Shown here in pieces: positions 37,678-47,400 of a DNA stretch of 64,000 nucleotides. The notes beneath the pieces were generated by a model. The model did not search any database. It was not told where the DNA came from and saw only the letters and a program-made list of their open reading frames with translations. Position 1 is the stretch's first letter. Each line of letters begins with the position of its first letter. A program made the translations under genes and the position numbers. The DNA comes from Candidatus Obscuribacteraceae bacterium (lineage in GTDB: Bacteria; Cyanobacteriota; Vampirovibrionia; Obscuribacterales; Obscuribacteraceae). The DNA lies in contig JBGAHS010000001.1 of assembly GCA_044226015.1 (NCBI GenBank), positions 928,001-992,000 on the forward strand, read 5' to 3'.

Positions 37678-38070
37678 AGTAATTCGGGCTGTGGAAACTA
37701 AGAAGAGTACACTTATCTCTAACCTAGCACGCTTATCAAATTCAGGTTAGTGGCCTCATTGGTGACACCACTTGAGTCATTATTATTGAGGGTTTTCTAA
37801 TATCGGCAATTCTTGACTCCACATCTAGGATGATGAGGTTGAATTGACAAAACTATTCGGACGGTTGATGTCCGCAGGCGGCAAACAAGTTATCGTCTTA
37901 GTCGATGTTACTGCCCGCACTTACGTGCCCGAAGTGAATTACATCTGTTGTCAATTCGTACCTTCTACATAGTCTGGAAAAATCGATGATATCGCCTTTT
38001 ATTTTGAAAGGCGCTTTTCATATAGATATATCTGATTTAGGCGACTCCTTTGAATGGACCTGATTTGTAA

Positions 38071-38814
38071 GTGAACATGCAACAAGAGGATGAGGAAAAG
38101 CAAAAGCTTGAGTTTCAGTTCACCCTCCTACAAGAGAGGGAGGACTTTCTTTCTGTCATCAACCATAGACTCCGAACTCCTGTGCTTGCGAACAAACGCA
38201 CTGCCCAGCTGCTTCTTGATGGTGCCTTTGGACCCCTATCCGATGAGCAGCTGCGGGTTCTCGGGGCACTTCTTGAAAGTAACAATGAAATAGATCGGTT
38301 ACTTGGAATGCTGGTTGATCTCTACAAATACAAGAATTCGAACGGCGCATTGATAGTAAAAGAACATAGTCTAGACAGCGTCCTCTTGCCTATACAGAAG
38401 CTGCGAAGCAGAGCCGAGAACAGGCAGCTTTCGGTGGAAATTACTGTGCCGGCAGGCATTCGTGTTTTGGGGGACTCAAAGGAGCTGGCAAAGTTGTTAG
38501 CTCACCTTATCGAGAATGCAATAAAGTTCGCGAAAACGAAAGTCCTAATTTCGGCGAGCGTTGTGGACAATGGTGAACTTCAACTATCTATTGAGGATGA
38601 TGGAATCGGCATTGCAGGTGATGATCTGTCTCACATTTTCGAAAGATTCTATCTGATGTCTGCTAAGGGAAAATACTCTCCGATGACCGGTATAGGTCTG
38701 TGTTTATGCGCAGAAATTGCAAGAGCGCACAATGGACGGATGCACTGTGAAAGCCAGTTAGGAGTGGGAACCAAGTTCACGGTGGTTTTGCCTGGGGCAA
38801 AGTCCGCATCATAA
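38071..38814 (+). CDS. Sensor-less histidine kinase (HisKA plus HATPase)
   Basis: NHRLRTP, ENAIKF, DDGIGI, IFERFY, GIGL, GTKF. Confidence 0.88.
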   Translation: MNMQQEDEEKQKLEFQFTLLQEREDFLSVINHRLRTPVLANKRTAQLLLDGAFGPLSDEQLRVLGALLESNNEIDRLLGMLVDLYKYKNSNGALIVKEHSLDSVLLPIQKLRSRAENRQLSVEITVPAGIRVLGDSKELAKLLAHLIENAIKFAKTKVLISASVVDNGELQLSIEDDGIGIAGDDLSHIFERFYLMSAKGKYSPMTGIGLCLCAEIARAHNGRMHCESQLGVGTKFTVVLPGAKSAS

Positions 38815-38936
38815 GCTCAGTCTCTGCTCACTTACTTGTTGGTCGTATATATTACTTTCTTGTTGCTCATCATTCTTTAGGCTAGGAGGCTTATTTATGC
38901 TCTTAGCTGATTTTTCTATAAGCTCGAATGTGTAAA

Positions 38937-38966
38937 AAGAGCACCACTCTATTTAATGGTGCTCTT
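38937..38966. terminator. Terminator between convergent genes
   Basis: aagagcacca...tggtgctctt stem preceded by an A-run. Confidence 0.65.
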
Positions 38967-39053
38967 AAGAATCGATTCATTTCTCTGCTGCGGGCACTCG
39001 TTTGAGAGCCATCCAGGCTTAGAGATTGGATTTGCTCTCGATACGCAGCCTTG

Positions 39054-40196
39054 TTATTCGGCTAATAGTTGCTTGCTGATTATCAATCTTTGAATTTGGC
39101 TTGTGCCTTCATAGATTTGGAAGATTTTTGCATCACGCATGAGCTTTTCTACAGGATATTCGCGAGAATACCCGTATCCACCAAAAATTTGCACAGCATT
39201 CGTAGCCACGTTCATTGCTATGTCAGCGCCGAAAGCTTTAGCTATTGCCGCTTCTCTGGTGTTGCGCACTCCAGCATCGATAAGGCTTGCTGCTTTCCAG
39301 CACAGTAATCGAGCTGCTTCAATGTCTTTGTCCATATCTGCTAGCATGAAGCCGATGGCTTGATAGTTTCCGATTGGTTGCCCAAATGTTTTGCGTTCTC
39401 GGGCATATTTAACTGCATGATGCATAGCAGATTTTGCTAGTCCTACTGCTGCTGATGCTACAAGCGGGCGGGTATGGTCGAATGCTGCCATAGAAATTTT
39501 AAAGCCCTGACCTTCGCCACCCAAAAGGTTTTTTGCCGGAACTTTTACATCATCAAACGATAGGGAACGTGTGTCGCTAGCGCGCTGACCCATGTTCATT
39601 TCTTTCTTTCCAATGGTTATTCCTGGCGTATCTGCCTTCACAAGGAATGAAGACATGCCTTTGTGTCCTTGCGCTGGGTTGGTGTAAGCGAGCACGTAGT
39701 ACCAGTTCGCTACTCCAGCATTTGTGATCCACATCTTGTTTCCGTTCAGAATGTATTCATCGCCCACCTTCTTTGCGGTGGTTTTGATACCAGCCACATC
39801 AGAGCCGGCATCTGGTTCTGTAACGCAGTAAGCGGCAAAGAGCAATTCTTCTGTCATTGGAGTGAGAAACTCTTTCTTTTGCTCGTCTGAGCCTGCCACT
39901 ATGACTGGTGCCTCGGCGAGGTTGTTTGCCTCCATTGCAGTTCCGATGCCGGTGCATCCATATGCGATTTCTTCTGCAACCAGACACGAGTCAAAAACTC
40001 CCAATCCAAGGCCGCCATATTCTTCTGGAATATGACCATTCATGAGTCCAAGCTCCCAAGCCTTTTTGCAAATATCGCGGGGAAATTCACCTGTTTGATC
40101 GTGATGCGCAGCTTTTGGCGCAACTTCGCGTTCTGCGAATTCTCTAGCCAGGTTTTGAATTTGTTTTTGTTCGTCACTCAAAAGGAAATTGACCAT
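39054..40196 (-). CDS. Acyl-CoA dehydrogenase (medium-chain-like)
   Basis: [43 protein letters not shown]. Confidence 0.95.
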   Translation of the reverse strand: MVNFLLSDEQKQIQNLAREFAEREVAPKAAHHDQTGEFPRDICKKAWELGLMNGHIPEEYGGLGLGVFDSCLVAEEIAYGCTGIGTAMEANNLAEAPVIVAGSDEQKKEFLTPMTEELLFAAYCVTEPDAGSDVAGIKTTAKKVGDEYILNGNKMWITNAGVANWYYVLAYTNPAQGHKGMSSFLVKADTPGITIGKKEMNMGQRASDTRSLSFDDVKVPAKNLLGGEGQGFKISMAAFDHTRPLVASAAVGLAKSAMHHAVKYARERKTFGQPIGNYQAIGFMLADMDKDIEAARLLCWKAASLIDAGVRNTREAAIAKAFGADIAMNVATNAVQIFGGYGYSREYPVEKLMRDAKIFQIYEGTSQIQRLIISKQLLAE

Positions 40197-40485
40197 GACA
40201 GCCTCCGCAGCGGGTACATAACTGATCGTATCTGTTATCTGAATGCTTATTCTCGTCCATAAGAATGAATTCTCAGAACTTTACTTCCAGTGTGCATGCA
40301 ACCTGTCAAGCTTGCTCTCTTTGTGTTGCTTGGCAACCCGCTTGCATTCCAATCTTCGGATTTCTAGCTTTTGTCAGAAACTCAGAAAGCTTGATTTGGC
40401 AAGTCATAAGCAGGTTCCAAAATTGTGTGTTAGCATCCTTTTGTGATTGATTGAAGTCCAGTCCCATTGGCAGAAAGCTCAAGTT

Positions 40486-41433
40486 ATGAAAGCACTTCTG
40501 CGGAACGTCGCTATTACCGCTTCTGGATTGCTTTGCCTGATTTCATTAGGTAGCTTTCTCGGAAAATATTCCTCTATTCTGGAACTCTTGAGTCATTTTC
40601 GTCTCGTGTATTGTTTGGCGTTTGTGCCATTTATTCTATTTTTGCTTTTTGCACGACGCTGGAGACTTTTTCTAATCGGCTTGATGGTGTTTTCTATTAA
40701 TCTGATTCCTGCAGTATCCTTGTTTTTTCCTCAAAAAAATTCCACAGTTGCTGGCGAGATCGCTGGGCATGTCCGTGTGCTGCAAATAAATCTTTGGGGA
40801 GACCGCAATCACGATACGCGGAATACACATGCAAAAGTACTTTCTTTAATCAGAAGAACTTCTCCAGACGTGATTGGATTCTCTGAAATAACACCAGCCT
40901 GGGAGCAGTTCTTCAAAGTAAATCTTCCAGATTACAAAAGCCAAATCGTGGAGAATCGATTTGGTGGAATTGCTCTGTTTAGCCGCCTAGAGACGGAAGC
41001 ATTGGAACTTTGCTATTTTGGAAATATGCATAGACCAAGAATCAAAGGCGTTTTGATTTGCAACGCTGTTAAGATTCGTTTTATGCTGGCTCATCCCTTG
41101 ATTCCTAGTATCGGATCTACTTCAAGAAACGATGAATTCACATTATGGGCGCAAGAGGCAAAATCTGGAGACGGACCGTTCTTTCTATTTGGTGATTTGA
41201 ATTGTAGTCCGTGGTCGCCTTATTTCGGTAAGCTATTGCAGGAAGGTGATTTACAAGATTCTGAACAGGGGTTTGGTCCGCAGCCTACCTGGAATGCATT
41301 CCTCTTGCTTCCATTTGTTCCGATTGATCATTGTTTGACAAATTCAAGAATTAGAACAGAGGAACGAAAAATCTGTGAATCAGTCGGCTCAGATCATTTA
41401 CCGGTTTTCGTTCAGCTGGGATTTTGTGAATGA
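40486..41433 (+). CDS. Endonuclease/exonuclease/phosphatase family protein with N-terminal TMs
   Basis: ELLSHFR, PDVIGFSE, GDLN, PIDH, GSDHLP. Confidence 0.9.
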   Translation: MKALLRNVAITASGLLCLISLGSFLGKYSSILELLSHFRLVYCLAFVPFILFLLFARRWRLFLIGLMVFSINLIPAVSLFFPQKNSTVAGEIAGHVRVLQINLWGDRNHDTRNTHAKVLSLIRRTSPDVIGFSEITPAWEQFFKVNLPDYKSQIVENRFGGIALFSRLETEALELCYFGNMHRPRIKGVLICNAVKIRFMLAHPLIPSIGSTSRNDEFTLWAQEAKSGDGPFFLFGDLNCSPWSPYFGKLLQEGDLQDSEQGFGPQPTWNAFLLLPFVPIDHCLTNSRIRTEERKICESVGSDHLPVFVQLGFCE

Positions 41434-41470
41434 TCCCGCTACAAATCACTATCCGAACAAACCTCATTTC

Positions 41471-44400
41471 TTAGTTATGGCTACTGTACATGCCCCTATT
41501 TTTCAACACTACATCGATAGTGGCCGCGGTTTTCAAAAGTCTTGCAAGTATTCGTTTATCTGCATTATCGTTTGATTTGCGGAAATGACTAAGGTGATTG
41601 CTTGTTGTCATCAAACTGACGATAGAGAAGTCGCTGATTGATAGATAAGAATTGCCAGAGCGATGAAAGCGAGTGTTCCTTCGGGCGAGTCTATCGCTAA
41701 AAATAGAAGTCTTGAGGTCGAAAATATTTTTTGACACTATAAGCTCCTCGCCCGAGTTGAGTGAAAAAATATCTTTGCCAACTTGTACTCTTACCGATCC
41801 TGCGTGACTACAAGACCTGATGAAAGTTACTCCTTCTTCGTCTCTGATAGATGCCAATGCGCCTTTCATTAACAAGATTTGGGCAGCTGAAGTGTTTATT
41901 GAAACAGCAGTTGTTGCACTAATCAAGGCTTCTGAGTTTGTAATTCTGAATGACTCTGCTGTGCCCGTAATGTTTTGAGGTGCGTCTGAATATACTCGCG
42001 CTAATTCTTTGTTCGGGATTGCAGAAGGATACGCTATCCGTGGGTAAGATGACTGGTTGCTGTAACTCACACATCGTATTGGTAAATTCACTCTCTTAAT
42101 TGGACTGTGGTGCTCGTCTTCTAAGGCTCCAGCGATATCCTCTTTGACCTGAGCAATATTTGTGGAATTCACATTTATGGTGTTCATTGCAGTTGAAATC
42201 TGTTGACCTGAACCCAATTGTATCTTGGACACTAGATCAAATTGCGTCAGAAATGACGATAAGTTCACAGACTTTGTGTTTATGTCCGTGACTGTCGAAA
42301 TGTTGTGCAGTGATGCGGCCATGGTGCTGTTGCTGGTTGGTGGAAGATACGCAAACGGGCTCGTCATGTAGGATACAGTGCCACCGTTTGATGGCAAATC
42401 AAGTAATATATCATTTAGTGTGATGTTGATACCGCCCCCGGTGGCGCTAAATAACGCATTCCCTGCTATCAGTTGCCCGGATCCATCCAAGCTTCCAGCA
42501 GTGGCTCTAATTGCCAGAATGTCTGCTGGTGAGCCTACAGAACCGCTTATGTTTACAGATTGAGCCGCGATACTAAGAGATGTTCCTGTGGTTAAGATGG
42601 AACCAATCGTCGCCGCGCCGCCAACATCAATAGTCAGTTGTTTGCTTCCCATAGTTAGTGTTTGACCAGAGGCGTTGAATCCCCCGTTCGGACCTTGCAG
42701 AAACTGAATGTTGTACAGGTTTGAAAAGTCATAGGAGCCGTATACATTAACCCCACCGCCCGAAGAGTTTGAGCCTAAAATCAAATTGCCTGCATGAATG
42801 TACTGCATCGTTAGGTTGCTAAACACCATGCCACCACTACCTCCGAAAATGTTGATCGGAAAATTGTTGCTTGGTGGCGCGAGCGTCACTGTACTACTTC
42901 CTGCTTCTATGTAAGCATAGTTGGGGTCCGCGTTTCCCTCGAAAGTAGGCAGTGCAAAGTTTACGTTTAGTGTAATGGGGGTGTTATCAGTGATAATTCT
43001 GTTATACCCTGGTTGGAATGAATCTCCGGCATTCTGTGAAATGTTGATTCCTTCTTTGGCATATATCGCACAAGAACTCACAACTAAATGATGGTAGCCG
43101 AGTTGCGCTATATCTTGAAGTTCGATATTTCCTGCATTTATCAGCGTGATGCTCCCTGTTTCAGCGTAACCTGTGAAAAAGACATTTCCAACATTTGACA
43201 CATTTATGTTGCCATCTTTTGCATACAGATAGAGGATACCAGTGCTTGCTGTGTTTAGTGGTCCAATTGAGCCACTTTTGCTGGAGAGAGTCAGCCCATA
43301 AGGTTGAGCTGTTACCAGTCCGGTGCCCGAAATATTGCCATTGTTGGATATCAAAGCCCCAACAACTAATGGTCCGCTCACTTCGATTGAGCCTGCTAGA
43401 ACCACACCGATGTTTGAACCTGAAGCTCCTACTGTGGCTTTTCCGTTTTCCAACAAGATATTAGTTATTATTAGCGGGAATCCGTTTTGATTAAAATTGC
43501 CATCCCCACTTTGTGCAAACGATATCAATGGAGCTTTCAATGCTCCGTTCAAGTTTATTCCACCGAATGATTTCGCGCTGTAAAAGATGACTCCCTCTCC
43601 TTCCCTGAAGGATGTGTCAAAATTGCCTATAGTCGGTGTGTGACCAGCCATACTCAGTAATTCAAGTTCGGAAAGGTTTAGTCCTCCTGTCCCGCCGCAA
43701 ACATTTATCGGTGTTGACGCGTTGCTAGGAGCAATGTTTACGGAACTTCCTGAAATGCGAGTCTCATCTGGATTTAACCCATTAATAATTAGGTCATCGG
43801 TTACTATAATCACCGTTCCGCTTGAAGTTGGAGTAATTAGTTTTGCTCCATTTTCTAGAGTGATTGAATGGTTGTTAGCTGTGGACAGAACGATTGAGTC
43901 GGCTTTTATTTCATTTTCTACCACTAAATCGCCTGTGCTGCTGACTGCCAAGAGTCCCTTATCGTTATTTATTGAATCGAACAGATAGGCTGAGAGCTTT
44001 GTTTGTCCACTTTTGTTATTTATACAAATAGTTGGGGGAGCCTGTATGTAATAATCACCATCTGGCCAATAGTAGAATGAAATTCCATTAGATTTAGCTG
44101 TTAACATTCCCGAAACCGAAGTTTTTAATTCAGTGAATTCCACGTGCATGCGTTGACTTGTTCTTGATTGATCACCTCTTGTGACCAATCCTGTGCCAAT
44201 TGCGCCAGCAGAATCTAAAGTTAGATTATTTGCTATGATTAAACCTGTTCCACTTATGCCTTTCCTTAATGGTACGGTTAAGTAATAAGGATCTGGGAAC
44301 GGTCCTGGCACAGTGGTTATTGAGATGTCATCCGATGGTGAACCTACGGTGCCATTAACAACAACAGCGGCTGCGCTAATGTTAAGAGAGGAGCCTGTCG

Positions 44401-47400
44401 TCATTATTGAGCCTAAGGTAGCTTCCCCACCAATCATCAGATTGAGTGAATGAGAGCCCATGCTAATAGTGTGATTGTTGCTGCTGAAGTTCCCGTCGGC
44501 GCCTTGAACAAAAAGCAAATCGAACTTGCCGGAAGCGTCCAGATCGCTTTGGAAGAATATACCACCTGTAGATTTACTTGAACCAATTGTGACACTACCT
44601 GCGGTGATGTTGCCCAGTTGCAGCGGAGATAATACGAGCCCTTTGTTTTGCTGGTCACTAATGTATATGCTTCTATTGTTGGTCGCTGGGAGTATTGTAA
44701 CTGCGCCCATTCCAGCATCTATTGGGTTCTGTCCCGACAGAGAATAAGAGTCTAAAATTAAACTGATTGGCGCATCGGTAGATTTGATCTGAAATTCGTT
44801 ATTCGTCAGCAAATTACCAGCGCCCATTTCGATTGAAACGCCTGCTGGTCCGATAATGTTTGACGCTAAAGTAAGGTCACCATTGTTTTTGATTGCAACG
44901 GTTCCCGTCGCGGAGGCAATCTTCAGGCTCGCGAGATTTCCAGTGTTAAAAATGTTGATGCTTCCGGCGCTGGCTGAAATACTCCCGTTTATCGCTGTGC
45001 TGAGTCCGAGGATGGAGCCTGCTGATACGGTAAGCGTGTTTGCTGTTAGTAATCCTCCGCTTACGTTGCCGCCAACTGAACCGGTCACGAAGCTGCCGCC
45101 TGATAGAACCCCATTGCTGATTTGCATTGTGCCGGGGTTGGATAAGCTCACTCCAGTGACAGAATTAAGAACAATGTTACCAAAGTTTGAAACTTGATTT
45201 GCCGATGCGTCAACTTTTCCTAAAGTGATACCATTGGCGACTATTGTAATGTTGCCTGCAGCGCCGTTGGTGGACTTGCTGCTAATACTGCCAATGCTAA
45301 GCGAGCCTGAAGCGGAACTGCCTGAACTTGCGATTGCGGTTATAGATCCGCCTTTACTCAATCCGCTTGTAACAATGCTAACATTTCCCAGATCTATAGA
45401 ACCGCCCGTTGCAGAATTTGAAATGAGCGTGTATGGGCGAGAAAGTGGTCCTACTGCGACTCCATTCGTGTTAGGTGAGAAATTGAACCCGGCCACTAGC
45501 AGTAGGTTGCCTCCGCTTCCTTTTGTGCTGGACAAATCGATACTCAAGCTGTTTCCGCTGTTAATGATGCTGGCGGAAGCAATTATTGCAATGTTTGTTC
45601 CGGGAAAGCTAAGAAGGCTGATTTGACTCAAATCAACATTGCCGTTGCTATTTGCAATGGTGCCAGAGCCCTCAACTGCATAAATGGAAAAGGTGGAGTT
45701 CTGATTCGGATGGGCAGAAGTCTTTACAGAGAACTGAGACGGATTTCCAAGGAAAGAGTTTGTCGCTATGCTGATATTTGAGTAATCATTCGGAAAGTCA
45801 TAAGTTGTGTTTGCATCCATTGAGACCGTCGACCCAGTTGTAGCCGAGTAGGGAGTGCTGATGCTCAGTGCCGCACCGGGTGCTGCACCGGAGCCTAGTT
45901 GAAACGACATGTTTCCTGGACCTAACACCACATATGGAAAGCGAGAGCCGCCCATCGCTGTTATGCTAGCCGCGCTTGGCGATGAAAAAACACCGGAGCC
46001 AGTTCCTACGATTTTGATGTCTTGACCGGCTGCACTTTGCACAGTAAGACTACCCTGGCTTGATTGAATCAGTCCTGAGTTGTCGACCAAGAGATTTTTT
46101 CCAGCTGCGACAGAGCCATTTGCTGTTTGCCCTTGAATCAAAATACTCGTGCCCAGAATCTTGCCGGAGGAAGCAATAGTGATTTGGTTTCCAAAAATCC
46201 AGGTTACACCAGAAGTATTTTGGACGGTTGAAGACGGAGAAACTGAAAAATACCCTGAGGGGCTGAAGCTCAGCCCACTCTTTGCGTCAATGACATTTGA
46301 GCCTGTGGCAGTAATATTGTTAGTAGCCGAAAGTGATACTGTTGATGGTGTCGAGATAAGCGTCCCAGAATAGCCGGACAGTTTAATGTCAGTTGCTTTC
46401 AGATTTATCTGCCCGCTTGCATTAATTGGCGCTGACAGGTTTAAGCCGTTGTTCGTGCTTATTTCAATGCTGAGAGGTTTTCCACCGCTTATTGTAATTC
46501 CCAAATCATCTGAAGCTATATTGATAATGGATACATTAGCTGTTGTTCCGATTGTGAGATTTGTCGTTGAGGTGCTTAAAGCTCCAATAGTACCTGTTGA
46601 AGAGATCAGAGTCACTTTGCTCCCGCTGATTAACGGTCCTGCTGTGCCCATCTGTGTTAGAGAGCCGGACCCATCTGCCGTGAGGCTCACGCTAGCTCCG
46701 GTGACTGTGCCACCAACTGTTATATTTCCGTTTGAGCCTGTGCTTGTACTTAGACTTAGATTTGAACTTGCTGTAACGGATGAGCTCTGTCCAATAATTA
46801 TCGAAGCTGCACTCAACGAAATGTTGGACGAATTCGAAGTTCCTTTGGTCTCTAGATTTGAACTGGAGCCAAGTAATGTGGTATTGCCAGTAGTATTGAA
46901 GGAGACAAGTTGAGAGCTGAGATTCGAAAGGTTTATGTCTCCACTTCCTGATTTTATTATGAGTTCAGAACTGGAGATGCTTCCGGCTCCATTGATTGAG
47001 CCTTTCGAGCCTCCGTCAATAGTAATTTTTCCGTTCGCTACAATTGGAGCATTTATTGACATTGCCGCATTGTCGCTGCTGATCGAGATGCTGTTACCCT
47101 TTGCATTGTTGTAGGTGACATCGATTTTGCTGTCAATGATTATTGGACCAGATGTCGCTCCAATGGTCTGGAGAACGATCGACCCCATGCTGTTGAGAGC
47201 TTCAGTTATGTGAATCCCGCCAGGGTTTGTATCTATCAAGGTTATACCCTTGTTAGTTGGAACAGTTGTCGAAAATTGTTCAAGGGAAAGGGAGTTAATA
47301 ACTTTAAAAGATGCACCAGTGTGTGCATACACTATGTGAGCGGCACCCACTAAAGATATGTCTGCGTAAGAGGTAGCGGAAAGAGTTTCTGCTTTTATGG

